64,000 nt of DNA from an uncultured Gemmatimonadales bacterium. Lineage in GTDB: Bacteria > Gemmatimonadota > Gemmatimonadetes > Gemmatimonadales > GWC2-71-9. This document shows positions 16,996-25,965 of the stretch, piece by piece. The stretch covers positions 1 to 64,000 of the forward strand of contig CAVSQW010000001.1 of the NCBI GenBank assembly GCA_963730185.1. The letters are read 5' to 3'. Each line of letters opens with the position of its first letter. Positions within the stretch are counted from its first letter, which is position 1. The position numbers were made by a program, and so were the translations under genes. Under the pieces are notes generated by a model. It was not told the DNA's origin and searched no databases. It saw only the letters and a list, made by a program, of their open reading frames with translations.

Positions 16996-18345
16996 TCAGG
17001 GGTCGCGAGGCTCGACGACGAAGGTTGGGATGGTGGAGCCGCCGCCGGCGGTGACGTTGACGAGCGTGGCGGTCGAGATCCGGGTCAGGCAGCCGTCGAC
17101 GAAACCGCCGTCGAACACGAAGGGGGCAGTATCGACGATTCGGTCGGCGAACTCCACCTTCCCGTCGACTAGACTCGGGAACGACTCGACCGGGAGGCCG
17201 ACCCGCCGCTGCACGATGGTGGGGCGCTCCAGGGCCTCGGCCACCGCCTGCCGCCAGCGCTCGGGGTCCACTTCCCAACCCAGGACGATCCCGGCGCCGC
17301 CGTAGTCGTCGTTGGGCTTGAGGACCAGCTGGTCGCGGTGGTCCGCCAGGTAGGGCAGGAGGTCCACCCGGCGCCCCTCGACCATGGTGGCACGGTCCTC
17401 GACCACTCGGGTCCACGGAATGTGGGCCTCGATGAGCGCCCGCTCGTCAGCGGTGAACAACCCGGCGTTCCGCTCGTCGCTCAGCACCGCGAAGCTGGCC
17501 TTCTTGTGGAGCACCTTGCAGCGGAACGGGTTGGCCATGGTCACCGCGCCGTCGCGGACCGCCCGGACCATGGGCTGCTCGAGGCCGCCCTCCTGGTAGA
17601 GCTCGCTGATCAGCACCCGCTTGTAGATCAGGTCGATCGCCTGGCCGTTGGCCCAGAGCCGACCATCGCGGTACTCGGTCTCGCGCGGATCGGCGATCAC
17701 GCAGGGATACCCGAGCCGCCGGAAATAGTCCTGAAAGAGGAGGAACTCGCTCCGGGTCGGAACGTCGTGCCAATCCAGGATCCCGATCACCGGCGCCCGG
17801 GAGGTGCCCTGGTGCCGGGCGAACGCGCCGACGAGCGAGTGGAGCACATGGTGTCGGACCGGAAGCGGACGGACCTGCCATCGGGTCCGGAACTCCCGCA
17901 TCACCGGCAGGCCGAGAAAGAGCTCGGTGAGGGCGTCGTTGTAGCCGGCGCCGGCCGGCGTCTCGGCGTTGTACTCGGTGTAGTAGAGCTCGCCGTCGTC
18001 GGGCGAGAAGAAGGCGTCGAGCCGGGAGAAGGGAGACGCCTCGATGCCAGGGTCTTCCAGCACCAGGGTACGCTCCCAGTCTTCCAGGCGGAACTGCTCG
18101 AGCACGTCGGGTCGGGCGATCGCCGCCTCGAGGGCGGTCCGGAAGGCGCCCAGCAGGACCCGGATCTGACGGCGGACCGTCTGATACTGATCCGGCGTGA
18201 GGAAGCGGGGCCGGAGGACCGTGCAGAGGGGCCGTTCGCCAAACATCAGCCCCCGTTCCGCCAACCGGGCGGTGAGCCAGCCGGCGGACTCGCCGGCCCG
18301 GGCGCTGGTGAGGAGCTCGTGCCAGGCGTCGACGGCCGGTGTCAT
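16996..18345 (-). CDS. Circularly permuted ATP-grasp / glutathionylspermidine-synthase-like ligase
   Basis: SRLDAF, EYNAETPAG, DLIYKR, HKKASFA, LVLKPNDDYGGAGI, LVNVTAGGG. Confidence 0.8.
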   Translation of the reverse strand: MTPAVDAWHELLTSARAGESAGWLTARLAERGLMFGERPLCTVLRPRFLTPDQYQTVRRQIRVLLGAFRTALEAAIARPDVLEQFRLEDWERTLVLEDPGIEASPFSRLDAFFSPDDGELYYTEYNAETPAGAGYNDALTELFLGLPVMREFRTRWQVRPLPVRHHVLHSLVGAFARHQGTSRAPVIGILDWHDVPTRSEFLLFQDYFRRLGYPCVIADPRETEYRDGRLWANGQAIDLIYKRVLISELYQEGGLEQPMVRAVRDGAVTMANPFRCKVLHKKASFAVLSDERNAGLFTADERALIEAHIPWTRVVEDRATMVEGRRVDLLPYLADHRDQLVLKPNDDYGGAGIVLGWEVDPERWRQAVAEALERPTIVQRRVGLPVESFPSLVDGKVEFADRIVDTAPFVFDGGFVDGCLTRISTATLVNVTAGGGSTIPTFVVEPRDP

Positions 18346-19292
18346 CCGCGCTTCCGCTTCGGCGCCGGACGGCCCTTGAGGAACTGCTCCCAGCTGGGCT
18401 TGGCCCGGCTGGGGGCCGCCTTGGCCAGCCGGATCGCCATGTCGGCCATCGTCTTGACCACCCACTCGAAATGCCCCGGCGTCAGTGAGTAGATGTCCAT
18501 GTCGGGTGCCGGGTTCATGAAGTCGATGGCGTAGGGGATCCCGTCCCGGATCGCCCACTCCATCGAGTTCATGTCATAGCCCAGGGCCCGGACCAGGGTC
18601 AGGGAGTCGGCGACGATCCGCTGGTGCAGCTCCGGCGAAAGGAAATCGAGGTTCTCGTGGTACTTCCGCGACTTGGGATCGTACTTGATGGGGCGCACGA
18701 CCTCCCGGCCGATCGCCAGGCAGCGCACGAACTCGTCCCACTCGATGAACTCCTGCACGATCATCGTGAGGAGACCCGAGTGGTCGTAGTGGTGGAGCAG
18801 CTCATCGAGCGAGTGGCAGACGTAGACCTCTTTCCATCCGCCACCGTACGCGTCCTTGAGGATGCAGGGCAATCCCACGTGATCGACCACGGCTTGCCAG
18901 TCGAGCGGGAAGGCCAGGTTCCGAAGGCTCTCGGTGTGCACGATGCCGGGCACATACTCCTTGTTCGGGAGGAGCACCGTCTTGGGACTCGCCACGCCGA
19001 GCGAGGTCGCGAGCGTGGCCTCGAAGAACTTGTCGTCGGCCGACCACATGAAGGGGTTGTTGACGACCGTCACCCCCTGGAGCGCCGCATGCTTGAGGTA
19101 GGTCCGGTAGAACGGCACCTCGTGCGAGATCCGATCGATGATCACCCGATAATTCGCCGGATCGTCCATCCGGGGCGCGCCGAGCGCCACGAATTCGGCC
19201 GTGACCCCTTCGTTCCGCTGGTTGACTTCCTCGATGAAGGCCGGCGGCCAGCTCCACTCCCGACCCACGATCAACCCAATCTTGTTCGCCAT
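18342..19292 (-). CDS. RimK-like ATP-grasp ligase
   Basis: IIDRISH, VNNPF..ADDKF, ILKDAYGGGWK, QEFIEW, AIDFMNPAPD. Confidence 0.82.
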   Translation of the reverse strand: MANKIGLIVGREWSWPPAFIEEVNQRNEGVTAEFVALGAPRMDDPANYRVIIDRISHEVPFYRTYLKHAALQGVTVVNNPFMWSADDKFFEATLATSLGVASPKTVLLPNKEYVPGIVHTESLRNLAFPLDWQAVVDHVGLPCILKDAYGGGWKEVYVCHSLDELLHHYDHSGLLTMIVQEFIEWDEFVRCLAIGREVVRPIKYDPKSRKYHENLDFLSPELHQRIVADSLTLVRALGYDMNSMEWAIRDGIPYAIDFMNPAPDMDIYSLTPGHFEWVVKTMADMAIRLAKAAPSRAKPSWEQFLKGRPAPKRKRG

Positions 19293-19325
19293 GGCCCCCC
19301 ACCCGTTGGTTACCAATCCCCTGCG

Positions 19326-19423
19326 CCCGAGTCACTCCCTACTCCCGATCCACTCCCTACTCCCGAATCACTCCCTACTCCCGACTCACTCCCTACTCCC
19401 GACTCCCTACTCCCTAGTCCCTA
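19326..19423. repeat. Intergenic tandem repeat, 18-bp unit CCCGA-NN-CACTCCCTACT (4 copies plus degenerate partial copies)
   Basis: Read directly. The variable dinucleotide is GT, TC, AT, CT. No spacers. Confidence 0.9.
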
Positions 19424-20140
19424 ATCATGCCCCCCGAGATATAACCGAACCATCTTCTCCCAGTACGGCCAGTCGTGGGCCCAGCCGTCCCAGGCGCGGA
19501 GCGCGTTGCCCACGCCCCGGCCCCAGAGCACTCCCGAGAACTCGGCGTTGTTGTCGTACGACGGGTCGTCGCGGCCGATGGCCAGGATCAGGTCCTGGGC
19601 CCGAAGCGCCGCCAGCCGAGCGGGGTCGTGCTCGTGCCGCATGAAGTCGAACGGGTTGCAGGCATAGACGTTGTCGTCCGAGTAGCCGTCGGTGAGCTGC
19701 TTCACGTCGTAGAGGCCGCTCATTCCCAGGATCCGGTGGACCCTGCTGGGGTGGCGGAGGCCGAAGCAGAAGGCGTGGTACGCCCCGAAGCTTGCCCCGG
19801 TCGCGATCACGAACGGATTCCGGTTCTTGGACTCGGTAAACGGGAGCACTTCCTCGAGGAGGTAGCGGTCGTACTGCAGGTGCCGCCAGGCCCGCGCCCC
19901 CGGGTGGATCCCCTTGTGATACCAGCTGTCCTCGTGGACGTGATCGAGGCAGAAGAGCTGGATCCACCCCGCCTCCAAATGGTCGCCCAGCACCAGGTGC
20001 ATCGACCGGTCCCGCCATTCGTAGCAACTTCCCATCGACGTTGGGAAGACCAGGACCCTGGCCCCGGCGTGTCCGAAGACCTCGATCGGCATGTCGCGGC
20101 CCAGGGCCGGGCTCAGCCAGCTGGCGTGCTCGTGGTGCAT
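19421..20140 (-). CDS. Putative esterase (alpha/beta hydrolase)
   Basis: FGHAG..VLVFPTSMG, GASFG nucleophile elbow, HDWPYW. Confidence 0.85.
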   Translation of the reverse strand: MHHEHASWLSPALGRDMPIEVFGHAGARVLVFPTSMGSCYEWRDRSMHLVLGDHLEAGWIQLFCLDHVHEDSWYHKGIHPGARAWRHLQYDRYLLEEVLPFTESKNRNPFVIATGASFGAYHAFCFGLRHPSRVHRILGMSGLYDVKQLTDGYSDDNVYACNPFDFMRHEHDPARLAALRAQDLILAIGRDDPSYDNNAEFSGVLWGRGVGNALRAWDGWAHDWPYWEKMVRLYLGGHD

Positions 20141-20985
20141 CAGGGTCCAGGGGTCGCGGTCGGTGGGCGGGTTCGGCCCAGGAGGAAGGGGAGCGCGTCG
20201 CCGAAGCGGCGTCCCCAGGCGGCTTCGGCGTGAGCGGCGCCCTTCTCCTCGACGTAGTGAAGGTCGCGCCCCCGCCGGTAACCGGCTCGCTCCAGAATAT
20301 CCCGCATGGCCCGCACGTCCGCTACCACCTCGGTGCCCTCGCCCGTGCCGACGTCGAGGTGGATGCGTCCTCGAGGGACCCGCACGCCCCAGCGGCCGAC
20401 CCAGGCCAGCATCGCGCGGTTGGCGAACCAGAGCGACGGGCTCAACACCCCGGCGGCCCCGAAATGCTCTCGGAACCGAAGCAGGGTGTACAGGCTGATC
20501 AGGCCTCCGAGCGAGGAGCCGGCGACCGCTGCATGCTGGGGGCCGGGCCGGGCGCGGAGGGTTCGCAGCACCAACGGCCGGACCGTCTCCGCGAGGAACG
20601 TGGCGTACCGGTCTCCCCCGCCTCCGCCGTGGCGGCTGTCCCGGAAGGGGCCGTACTCGTAGACCCGCTCCTCACCCTGGTTGGGGACTCCGACCACGAT
20701 CGCCTCGATCCCGCGGCCCGCCAGCGCGGCCAGGCGGGCGGGCAGGCCCCAGTCGCCCGCGTGACTGGTCGCCGGGTCGAACAGGTTCTGGGCATCCTGC
20801 ATGTAGACCACCGGATAGGTCCGCTCCGGAGTCGTGAAGTACGAGGGAGGCAGGGCGGCGATCAGGTCGCGGAAGTTCCGGAGCTCAGGGCTCATGACCC
20901 GCCGCCGGACGACGAGCGGGACGTCGTCCGGCGCGGATCCGTCGTAGGGGATCCAACTCGGGTCGAGCAGAGGCGGGGCGGGCAT
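20140..20985 (-). CDS. Putative esterase (Fes/IroE-like alpha/beta hydrolase)
   Basis: YPVVYMQDAQNLFD, GSSLGG, SPSLW, H.EAAW..R. Confidence 0.85.
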   Translation of the reverse strand: MPAPPLLDPSWIPYDGSAPDDVPLVVRRRVMSPELRNFRDLIAALPPSYFTTPERTYPVVYMQDAQNLFDPATSHAGDWGLPARLAALAGRGIEAIVVGVPNQGEERVYEYGPFRDSRHGGGGGDRYATFLAETVRPLVLRTLRARPGPQHAAVAGSSLGGLISLYTLLRFREHFGAAGVLSPSLWFANRAMLAWVGRWGVRVPRGRIHLDVGTGEGTEVVADVRAMRDILERAGYRRGRDLHYVEEKGAAHAEAAWGRRFGDALPFLLGRTRPPTATPGP

Positions 20986-21080
20986 CGGGTCGGAGCGGGG
21001 TAATCTAGTTGGAGCGGACCGTCGTGACCGCCCGGACCGGGCTATACTATCAGCCGCTCCCTCACTCCTCCGAGGCAATC

Positions 21081-21725
21081 ATGACCCGCGCGCGTGGTCT
21101 TCTGATTGGCGGTTTGCTGGCCCTGGCAACACCGCTCCCGGCCGTGGCTCAGTGGCGAGGGGTCGCGGTCACGCCGTACCTGGGCGTCTTCGTGCCCGCC
21201 AAGGACTTCCTGACTCCGCCGTCGGCGACCATTCCCGAGGCCTCCACCCAGAAGATCGACGTGTCGATCGGGTACGGCGCCCGCCTCTCCGTCGGCGTCG
21301 CGCCGCACTGGGGAGTGGAGGGCGACCTGGGGGTGGCCTCGGGTCACCTGGTGGTCAGCAGCATCGGGTCGGTGGCCGGCAACGACGTGAAGACCGTGGC
21401 CGGGAGCGGGCGGGTGTACTACCGGACCCGACCGGCCTCGGAGCCCTTCTCGGCCACCGCGCTGGCCGGACTGGCGGTGGTCAGCCACCGGTTCTCCCGA
21501 ACCAGCGAGGTCGGATCGCCGGTCGTGGGCGACAAGACCAGCCTCGGCGGAGTGGTCGGCGGGACGATTGCCTTCCGGTTGGAGGAGCGGGCGGCGCTCA
21601 TGTTCGGGCTCGACGGGTTCGTCTACTCCGCCCAGGTCGACTACAACGGGCAGCCGACGGCCGCCCGGATGCAAGTCGACGTCCGGCTCATCGCCGGGCT
21701 CCGGATCGCCATCGCGGGGTACTGA
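21081..21725 (+). CDS. Outer-membrane beta-barrel protein (hypothetical)
   Basis: Signal peptide ending AVA-Q, alternating beta-strand pattern, aromatic C-terminus. Confidence 0.6.
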   Translation: MTRARGLLIGGLLALATPLPAVAQWRGVAVTPYLGVFVPAKDFLTPPSATIPEASTQKIDVSIGYGARLSVGVAPHWGVEGDLGVASGHLVVSSIGSVAGNDVKTVAGSGRVYYRTRPASEPFSATALAGLAVVSHRFSRTSEVGSPVVGDKTSLGGVVGGTIAFRLEERAALMFGLDGFVYSAQVDYNGQPTAARMQVDVRLIAGLRIAIAGY

Positions 21726-21727
21726 CG

Positions 21728-22894
21728 CTACCGACGCTCCACTCGATAGACCATTACCCGTCCCGGCCGCTCCGGCTCGGCCCAGGTTACGAAGAGATCG
21801 TCGCCGAGCATCGCGGTCCGGGCAAAGCCGGCGCCGCGGCCGCGCTCGGTGGTCCCGAGGACCCGGGCGGGACCCGGCCGCCCACTGGCGTCCAGCGTCC
21901 GCATTCGCCACTCGGCCCCCCGCCGGGTGGCCTCGAGCCACACCACGACGGCCCGCCCGCTCCGGTCGAGCCGGATCTGGACCCGGCCGACCGGGTTGCC
22001 GTCATCGATCGGGATCGGACCCCCGAAGCGCCCGCCGCCGTCGTGCGAGAGTGCCGCGCTGACCCGGGCCCGCCCCTGAGCCAGGGTGAACCAGGCCACG
22101 GCGACCGTCTGACCGGAAGCGTCGATCGACGGGCCGTTGACGGGGCAAGCCCGAATCTCCCAGCCGTCGTGGCTGACCAGCGCCGGTGCGGACCACCGGC
22201 CGCCCAGCTCCCGCACCACCGCGATGTCCCGCACCTCCTGGTCCGACCGATCGCGGTACACCGCCACCAACCCAGCGTCCGTCCGGGCCATGGCCACCTG
22301 GCAACAGTCGCAGGTCCGCGGATCGACCAGCCGTTCGCCGGCGACCCGCCCGTCGGGTTGGATGGTTGCCGCTCGGAGCGACATGCTCCCGCCCCCGTTG
22401 GCGGTCTCCCGGCCGTCGAGCCAGGCGATCCCGACGCCGCCCGACGAGTCGGGCACCATCGCGACGAAGCCGTGCTCCGTCGGTGAGCGATCGGAGTGCA
22501 CCGTCTCCGGGGTGCTCCAGGTCAGACCTTGATCGAGGGAGCGGCTGAACCGGACGTGGTAGGCATAGGGCTTGGCCTCGGTCTTCTCGAGCCAGTGCAC
22601 CACCCAGACACCGGTCGTGGTCTCGACCACCGAGGGGAAGTCGGCCCAGTTGACGAAGAAGCGGTCGCCGGAGGCGACCGTCCGGGGAGCGCTCCACCGA
22701 CCGCCGTCACGGGCGGCCAGTCGCAGGGTATACCGGCCCGCCGCTCCCCGCTCGAACCAGGTGAGGAGCAGGCGGCTCGACGGGGTCGCCGTCAGAAAGG
22801 GGGTGCTGCTCCCGAGTGGACCGGCGAAGTCCACCCGGGCTTGCCCGAGCGCCGGTCGGGGAAGGGTGGCGGCGATCAGGGCCAGGGTGACCAC
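21728..22894 (-). CDS. Secreted BNR/sialidase-like beta-propeller protein
   Basis: FVNWADFPS, Asp-box SLDQGLTW and SHDGGGRF, EHGFV, WLDGR, TCDCC, CPVNGP. Start uncertain. Confidence 0.75.
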   Translation of the reverse strand: MVTLALIAATLPRPALGQARVDFAGPLGSSTPFLTATPSSRLLLTWFERGAAGRYTLRLAARDGGRWSAPRTVASGDRFFVNWADFPSVVETTTGVWVVHWLEKTEAKPYAYHVRFSRSLDQGLTWSTPETVHSDRSPTEHGFVAMVPDSSGGVGIAWLDGRETANGGGSMSLRAATIQPDGRVAGERLVDPRTCDCCQVAMARTDAGLVAVYRDRSDQEVRDIAVVRELGGRWSAPALVSHDGWEIRACPVNGPSIDASGQTVAVAWFTLAQGRARVSAALSHDGGGRFGGPIPIDDGNPVGRVQIRLDRSGRAVVVWLEATRRGAEWRMRTLDASGRPGPARVLGTTERGRGAGFARTAMLGDDLFVTWAEPERPGRVMVYRVERR

Positions 22895-22919
22895 CCCCCA
22901 GGCCCAGCCCGCGGGTGAA

Positions 22920-23375
22920 TCAGGCCGAGGCGGCGGTGGCCCGGCGAGGCGCGACGATGGCGGCGAGGCTCTCATGGCCCTTCACGATATCGGCCACCGT
23001 CGTGTTTCGGAAGAACAGCGCCATGGTTTCGGCCACGTCCTTCCAGGAGGCGTGGGCGGTGCAGGCGGTCCGGTCGCTGCACACCGAGCGGCCCAGCAGG
23101 CAGTGCCGCCGGCCGACGTCTTCGAAGGGCTCGACGATCTCGTCGAGGTGGATCCGCGCGGGCGGTCGCGCCAGCCGGAATCCACCCCGCTTGCCCCGGG
23201 TCGAGGTCAGGACCCCCGCCCGGGCGAGCTGAGACAGTGTCTTGGACAGATAATTCGCCGGAATCGCGAGCCGGGCAGCCAGGACGTTGACCCGGGCCGG
23301 CTCGGGGTCGTCCTGCGCGGCGAGCAGGAGCACGGCGCGGAGGGCGTATTCGGCGGTCTGGGAGAGGACAGGCAT
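22920..23375 (-). CDS. Rrf2-family transcriptional regulator
   Basis: SQTAEYALRA, YLSKTL, S.RGKRGGF and a Cys/His cluster CLLGRSVCSDRTACTAH. Confidence 0.92.
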   Translation of the reverse strand: MPVLSQTAEYALRAVLLLAAQDDPEPARVNVLAARLAIPANYLSKTLSQLARAGVLTSTRGKRGGFRLARPPARIHLDEIVEPFEDVGRRHCLLGRSVCSDRTACTAHASWKDVAETMALFFRNTTVADIVKGHESLAAIVAPRRATAASA

Positions 23376-23388
23376 GGCTGAATATATA

Positions 23389-23418
23389 ATTCGGATATTA
23401 AGATGGCAATATCCTAAT
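23389..23418. promoter_or_regulatory. AT-rich inverted repeat, candidate Rrf2 operator
   Basis: GGATATT-N8-AATATCC (23393-23414) with ATT/AAT flanks, between divergent rrf2 and the nos operon. Confidence 0.55.
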
Positions 23419-23518
23419 ATGTGAATCCACCTTCACGGCTTCTTCACCCTGGCCCAATGACCCGGTCTCTAGGTTGGCCCCGAAGTCATCGGATTCCCGA
23501 ACCGGTTGGAGTGGAACC

Positions 23519-23998
23519 ATGTCGCGACGCATCGCTCTCCTGGCGATCCTGGCCTTGGCCTCCGCCTGCTCCTCGAAGCCCGACTCGGCCGGCGCGCCGC
23601 CGGCGGCGGCTTCGGACCAGGACGCGTCGGGCCTCAGTGCGTTCGAGCTCGAGAACGGGATCGGGCCGGTGACGGACCGGGTGGTGCTGGGCGCTCTCGA
23701 CGCCGGGCTGGCCGCCAAGGGGAAAGAGGCGTTCGAGGCCAAATGCACCGCCTGCCACAAGCTGGGCGAGAAGTACATCGGTCCGGCCTTGGCCGAAGTG
23801 ACGACCCGCCGGACACCCGCCTACATCATGAACATGATCCTCAACCCGATGGAGATGGTTCAGCGCCATCCGGTCGCGAAGAAGCTGTTGGCGGAGCACA
23901 TGACCTTCATGGCCAATCAGGGGCTCACGGTCGACGAGGCTCGGTCGGTCGTCGAGTACCTCCGCACCCAGGCTCAGGGAACCGTCATCACGCAGTGA
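23519..23998 (+). CDS. Monoheme c-type cytochrome lipoprotein of the nos cluster
   Basis: Lipobox LASAC, CTACH heme motif, GPAL, distal Met. Confidence 0.9.
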   Translation: MSRRIALLAILALASACSSKPDSAGAPPAAASDQDASGLSAFELENGIGPVTDRVVLGALDAGLAAKGKEAFEAKCTACHKLGEKYIGPALAEVTTRRTPAYIMNMILNPMEMVQRHPVAKKLLAEHMTFMANQGLTVDEARSVVEYLRTQAQGTVITQ

Positions 23999-24012
23999 CA
24001 CCGGAGGAAACC

Positions 24013-25965
24013 ATGCACGGGGCGAACAGGATTCATCGACTTTCGGGGGCGGCGCTGCTGCTGGTCGGGGTAACCTTGGCCGGCTGCGCGCCGAAGAGCG
24101 GGGCACCCATCGGGGCGACCGACGCGGCGTCGCGAGTCTACGTGCCGCCCGGGCAGTACGACGAGCTCTACGCCTTCCTCTCGGGCGGCTTCAGTGGCAA
24201 CGTGACGGTCTACGGGCTGCCCTCGGGCCGTCTCCTCCAGCAGATCCCGGTCTTCTCCCAGTACCCCGAGAAGGGGTACGGCTACTCGGAGGAGACCAAG
24301 GCGATGCTCAACACCAGCTGGGGCTTCATTCCTTGGGACGACTCGCACCACCCGCAGCTCTCCATGCGGGACGGGATGCACGATGGGCGCTGGCTCTTCA
24401 TCAACGCCAACAACACGCCCCGGATCGCTCGGCTCGATCTGACCAAGTTCGACACCGACGAGATCATCGAGATCCCCAACTCCGCCGGTGGGCACGCGTC
24501 GCCATTTCTGACCGAGAACACCGAGTACGTGGTCAGTGCCACTCGGTTTTCGGTGCCGACGCCCCAGGCCGACGTGCCGATCGCCGACGGTCACTTCGGC
24601 GGCATGCTGAGCTACGTGAAGGTCGATTCGGTGACTGGTCACATGCGGCTGGCGTTCCAGATCCACGTTCCCGGGTACGACTACGATCTGGCCCGGGCCG
24701 GGAAGGGCCCGTCGCACGGGTGGTCGTTCTTCTCGTCGTACAACACCGAGGAGGCCAAGACCCTGCTGGAGCGGAATGCCTCGCAGAACGACAAGGACTT
24801 CATCGCGGCGGTCAATTGGAAGCAGGCGGAACGCTGCGTGGCCGACGGCAAGGCCACGACCTGGCCGGCCCGCTACGCTCACAATCTGATGGGTGAGGAC
24901 GGGATCGCCCACACGGAAATGATGAGCGGCGCGCTGGTGCTCGAGCCCAAGGACTGCCCGGGACTCGTCTACTTCCTCCCCACGCCCAAGTCGCCCCACG
25001 GAGTCGGGGTCGACCCGACCGGCGAGTACATCGTCGGCGGGGGCAAGCTGGCCACGGTGCTCCCGGTCCACTCGTTCAGCAAGCTCGAGAAGGCGATCGC
25101 CGACCAGGCGTTCGAGAAGGAGATCGACGGCATCCCGGTCGTGAAGTACGAGGCCGTGAACTATTGCGAGCTCCAGAACCCGGGGCTCGGGCCACTGCAC
25201 ACCGAGTTCGACGCCAACGGCTTCGCCTACACCTCGGTCTTCATCTCGTCGGAGATCGTCAAGTGGGACGTCAAGAAGTGCGAGGTGGTGGATCGGACCC
25301 CGACCTATTACTCGATCGGCCACCTGATGGTACCCGGAGGCGACACCCGGAAGCCCTACGGCAAGTACGTCGTCGCCCTCAACAAGATCACCAAGGACCG
25401 CTACCTCCCGACCGGCCCGGAGCTGACTCAGTCGGCCCAGCTCTACGACATCACGGGCGACAAGATGCAGCTCCTGCTCGACTTCCCCACGACGGGCGAG
25501 CCGCATTCGGCCGAGGCGATCGAGGCCAAGGTGATCCGGGACCAGCAGCTCAAGACCTACGCGCTGGCCCAGAGCCACCATCCCGCCGTGACCCGGTCGG
25601 AGAAGGAAGCCCGGGTGGAGCGCCAGGGCCACACCGTCCACGTGTACATGACCGCGATCCGGAGCCACTTCATGCCCGACATGATCGAGGGCATCGAGGT
25701 CGGTGACAGCGTGTTCTTCCACGTGACCAATCTCGAGCAGGATTGGGACGTGCCACACGGCTTCGCGATGATCGGAAACCGGAACTCGGAGCTCCTGATC
25801 ATGCCGGGTCAGACCCTGACCTTGACCTGGGTGCCGGAGCGAGTGGGCGTCTACCCCTTCTACTGCACCGATTTCTGCTCCGCGCTCCACCAGGAGATGC
25901 AGGGATACGTCCGGGTCTCGCCCCGGGGATCGAACCCCAAGATCGTCTTCAACTCCGGTCAATGA
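24013..25965 (+). CDS. nosZ: Nitrous-oxide reductase, clade II (Sec-dependent, lipoprotein signal)
   Basis: CuZ His motifs DSHH, GGH, PHG, GPLH, IGH, EPH. CuA motif PHGF...CTDFCSALHQEM. LAGC lipobox. GGAGG RBS. Confidence 0.97.
   Translation: MHGANRIHRLSGAALLLVGVTLAGCAPKSGAPIGATDAASRVYVPPGQYDELYAFLSGGFSGNVTVYGLPSGRLLQQIPVFSQYPEKGYGYSEETKAMLNTSWGFIPWDDSHHPQLSMRDGMHDGRWLFINANNTPRIARLDLTKFDTDEIIEIPNSAGGHASPFLTENTEYVVSATRFSVPTPQADVPIADGHFGGMLSYVKVDSVTGHMRLAFQIHVPGYDYDLARAGKGPSHGWSFFSSYNTEEAKTLLERNASQNDKDFIAAVNWKQAERCVADGKATTWPARYAHNLMGEDGIAHTEMMSGALVLEPKDCPGLVYFLPTPKSPHGVGVDPTGEYIVGGGKLATVLPVHSFSKLEKAIADQAFEKEIDGIPVVKYEAVNYCELQNPGLGPLHTEFDANGFAYTSVFISSEIVKWDVKKCEVVDRTPTYYSIGHLMVPGGDTRKPYGKYVVALNKITKDRYLPTGPELTQSAQLYDITGDKMQLLLDFPTTGEPHSAEAIEAKVIRDQQLKTYALAQSHHPAVTRSEKEARVERQGHTVHVYMTAIRSHFMPDMIEGIEVGDSVFFHVTNLEQDWDVPHGFAMIGNRNSELLIMPGQTLTLTWVPERVGVYPFYCTDFCSALHQEMQGYVRVSPRGSNPKIVFNSGQ

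Noticed and set aside
16996..19292. Graspetide (microviridin-type) RiPP cluster
   Set aside because: No precursor ORF seen, and the partner genes fit small-molecule amidoligase clusters.
19326..19423. Possible CRISPR array
   Set aside because: Units are contiguous with only two variable bases, there are no spacers, and no cas genes.
23420..23437. CRP/FNR box upstream of nos (TGTGA...TCAC)
   Set aside because: Half-site spacing is 8 bp, which does not match the canonical CRP or FNR geometry.
23506..24012. 819-aa ORF suggesting an N-terminally extended or cytochrome-fused NosZ
   Set aside because: The extension overlaps the cytochrome c gene in a different frame and has no CxxCH. nosZ has its own RBS and signal peptide at 24013.
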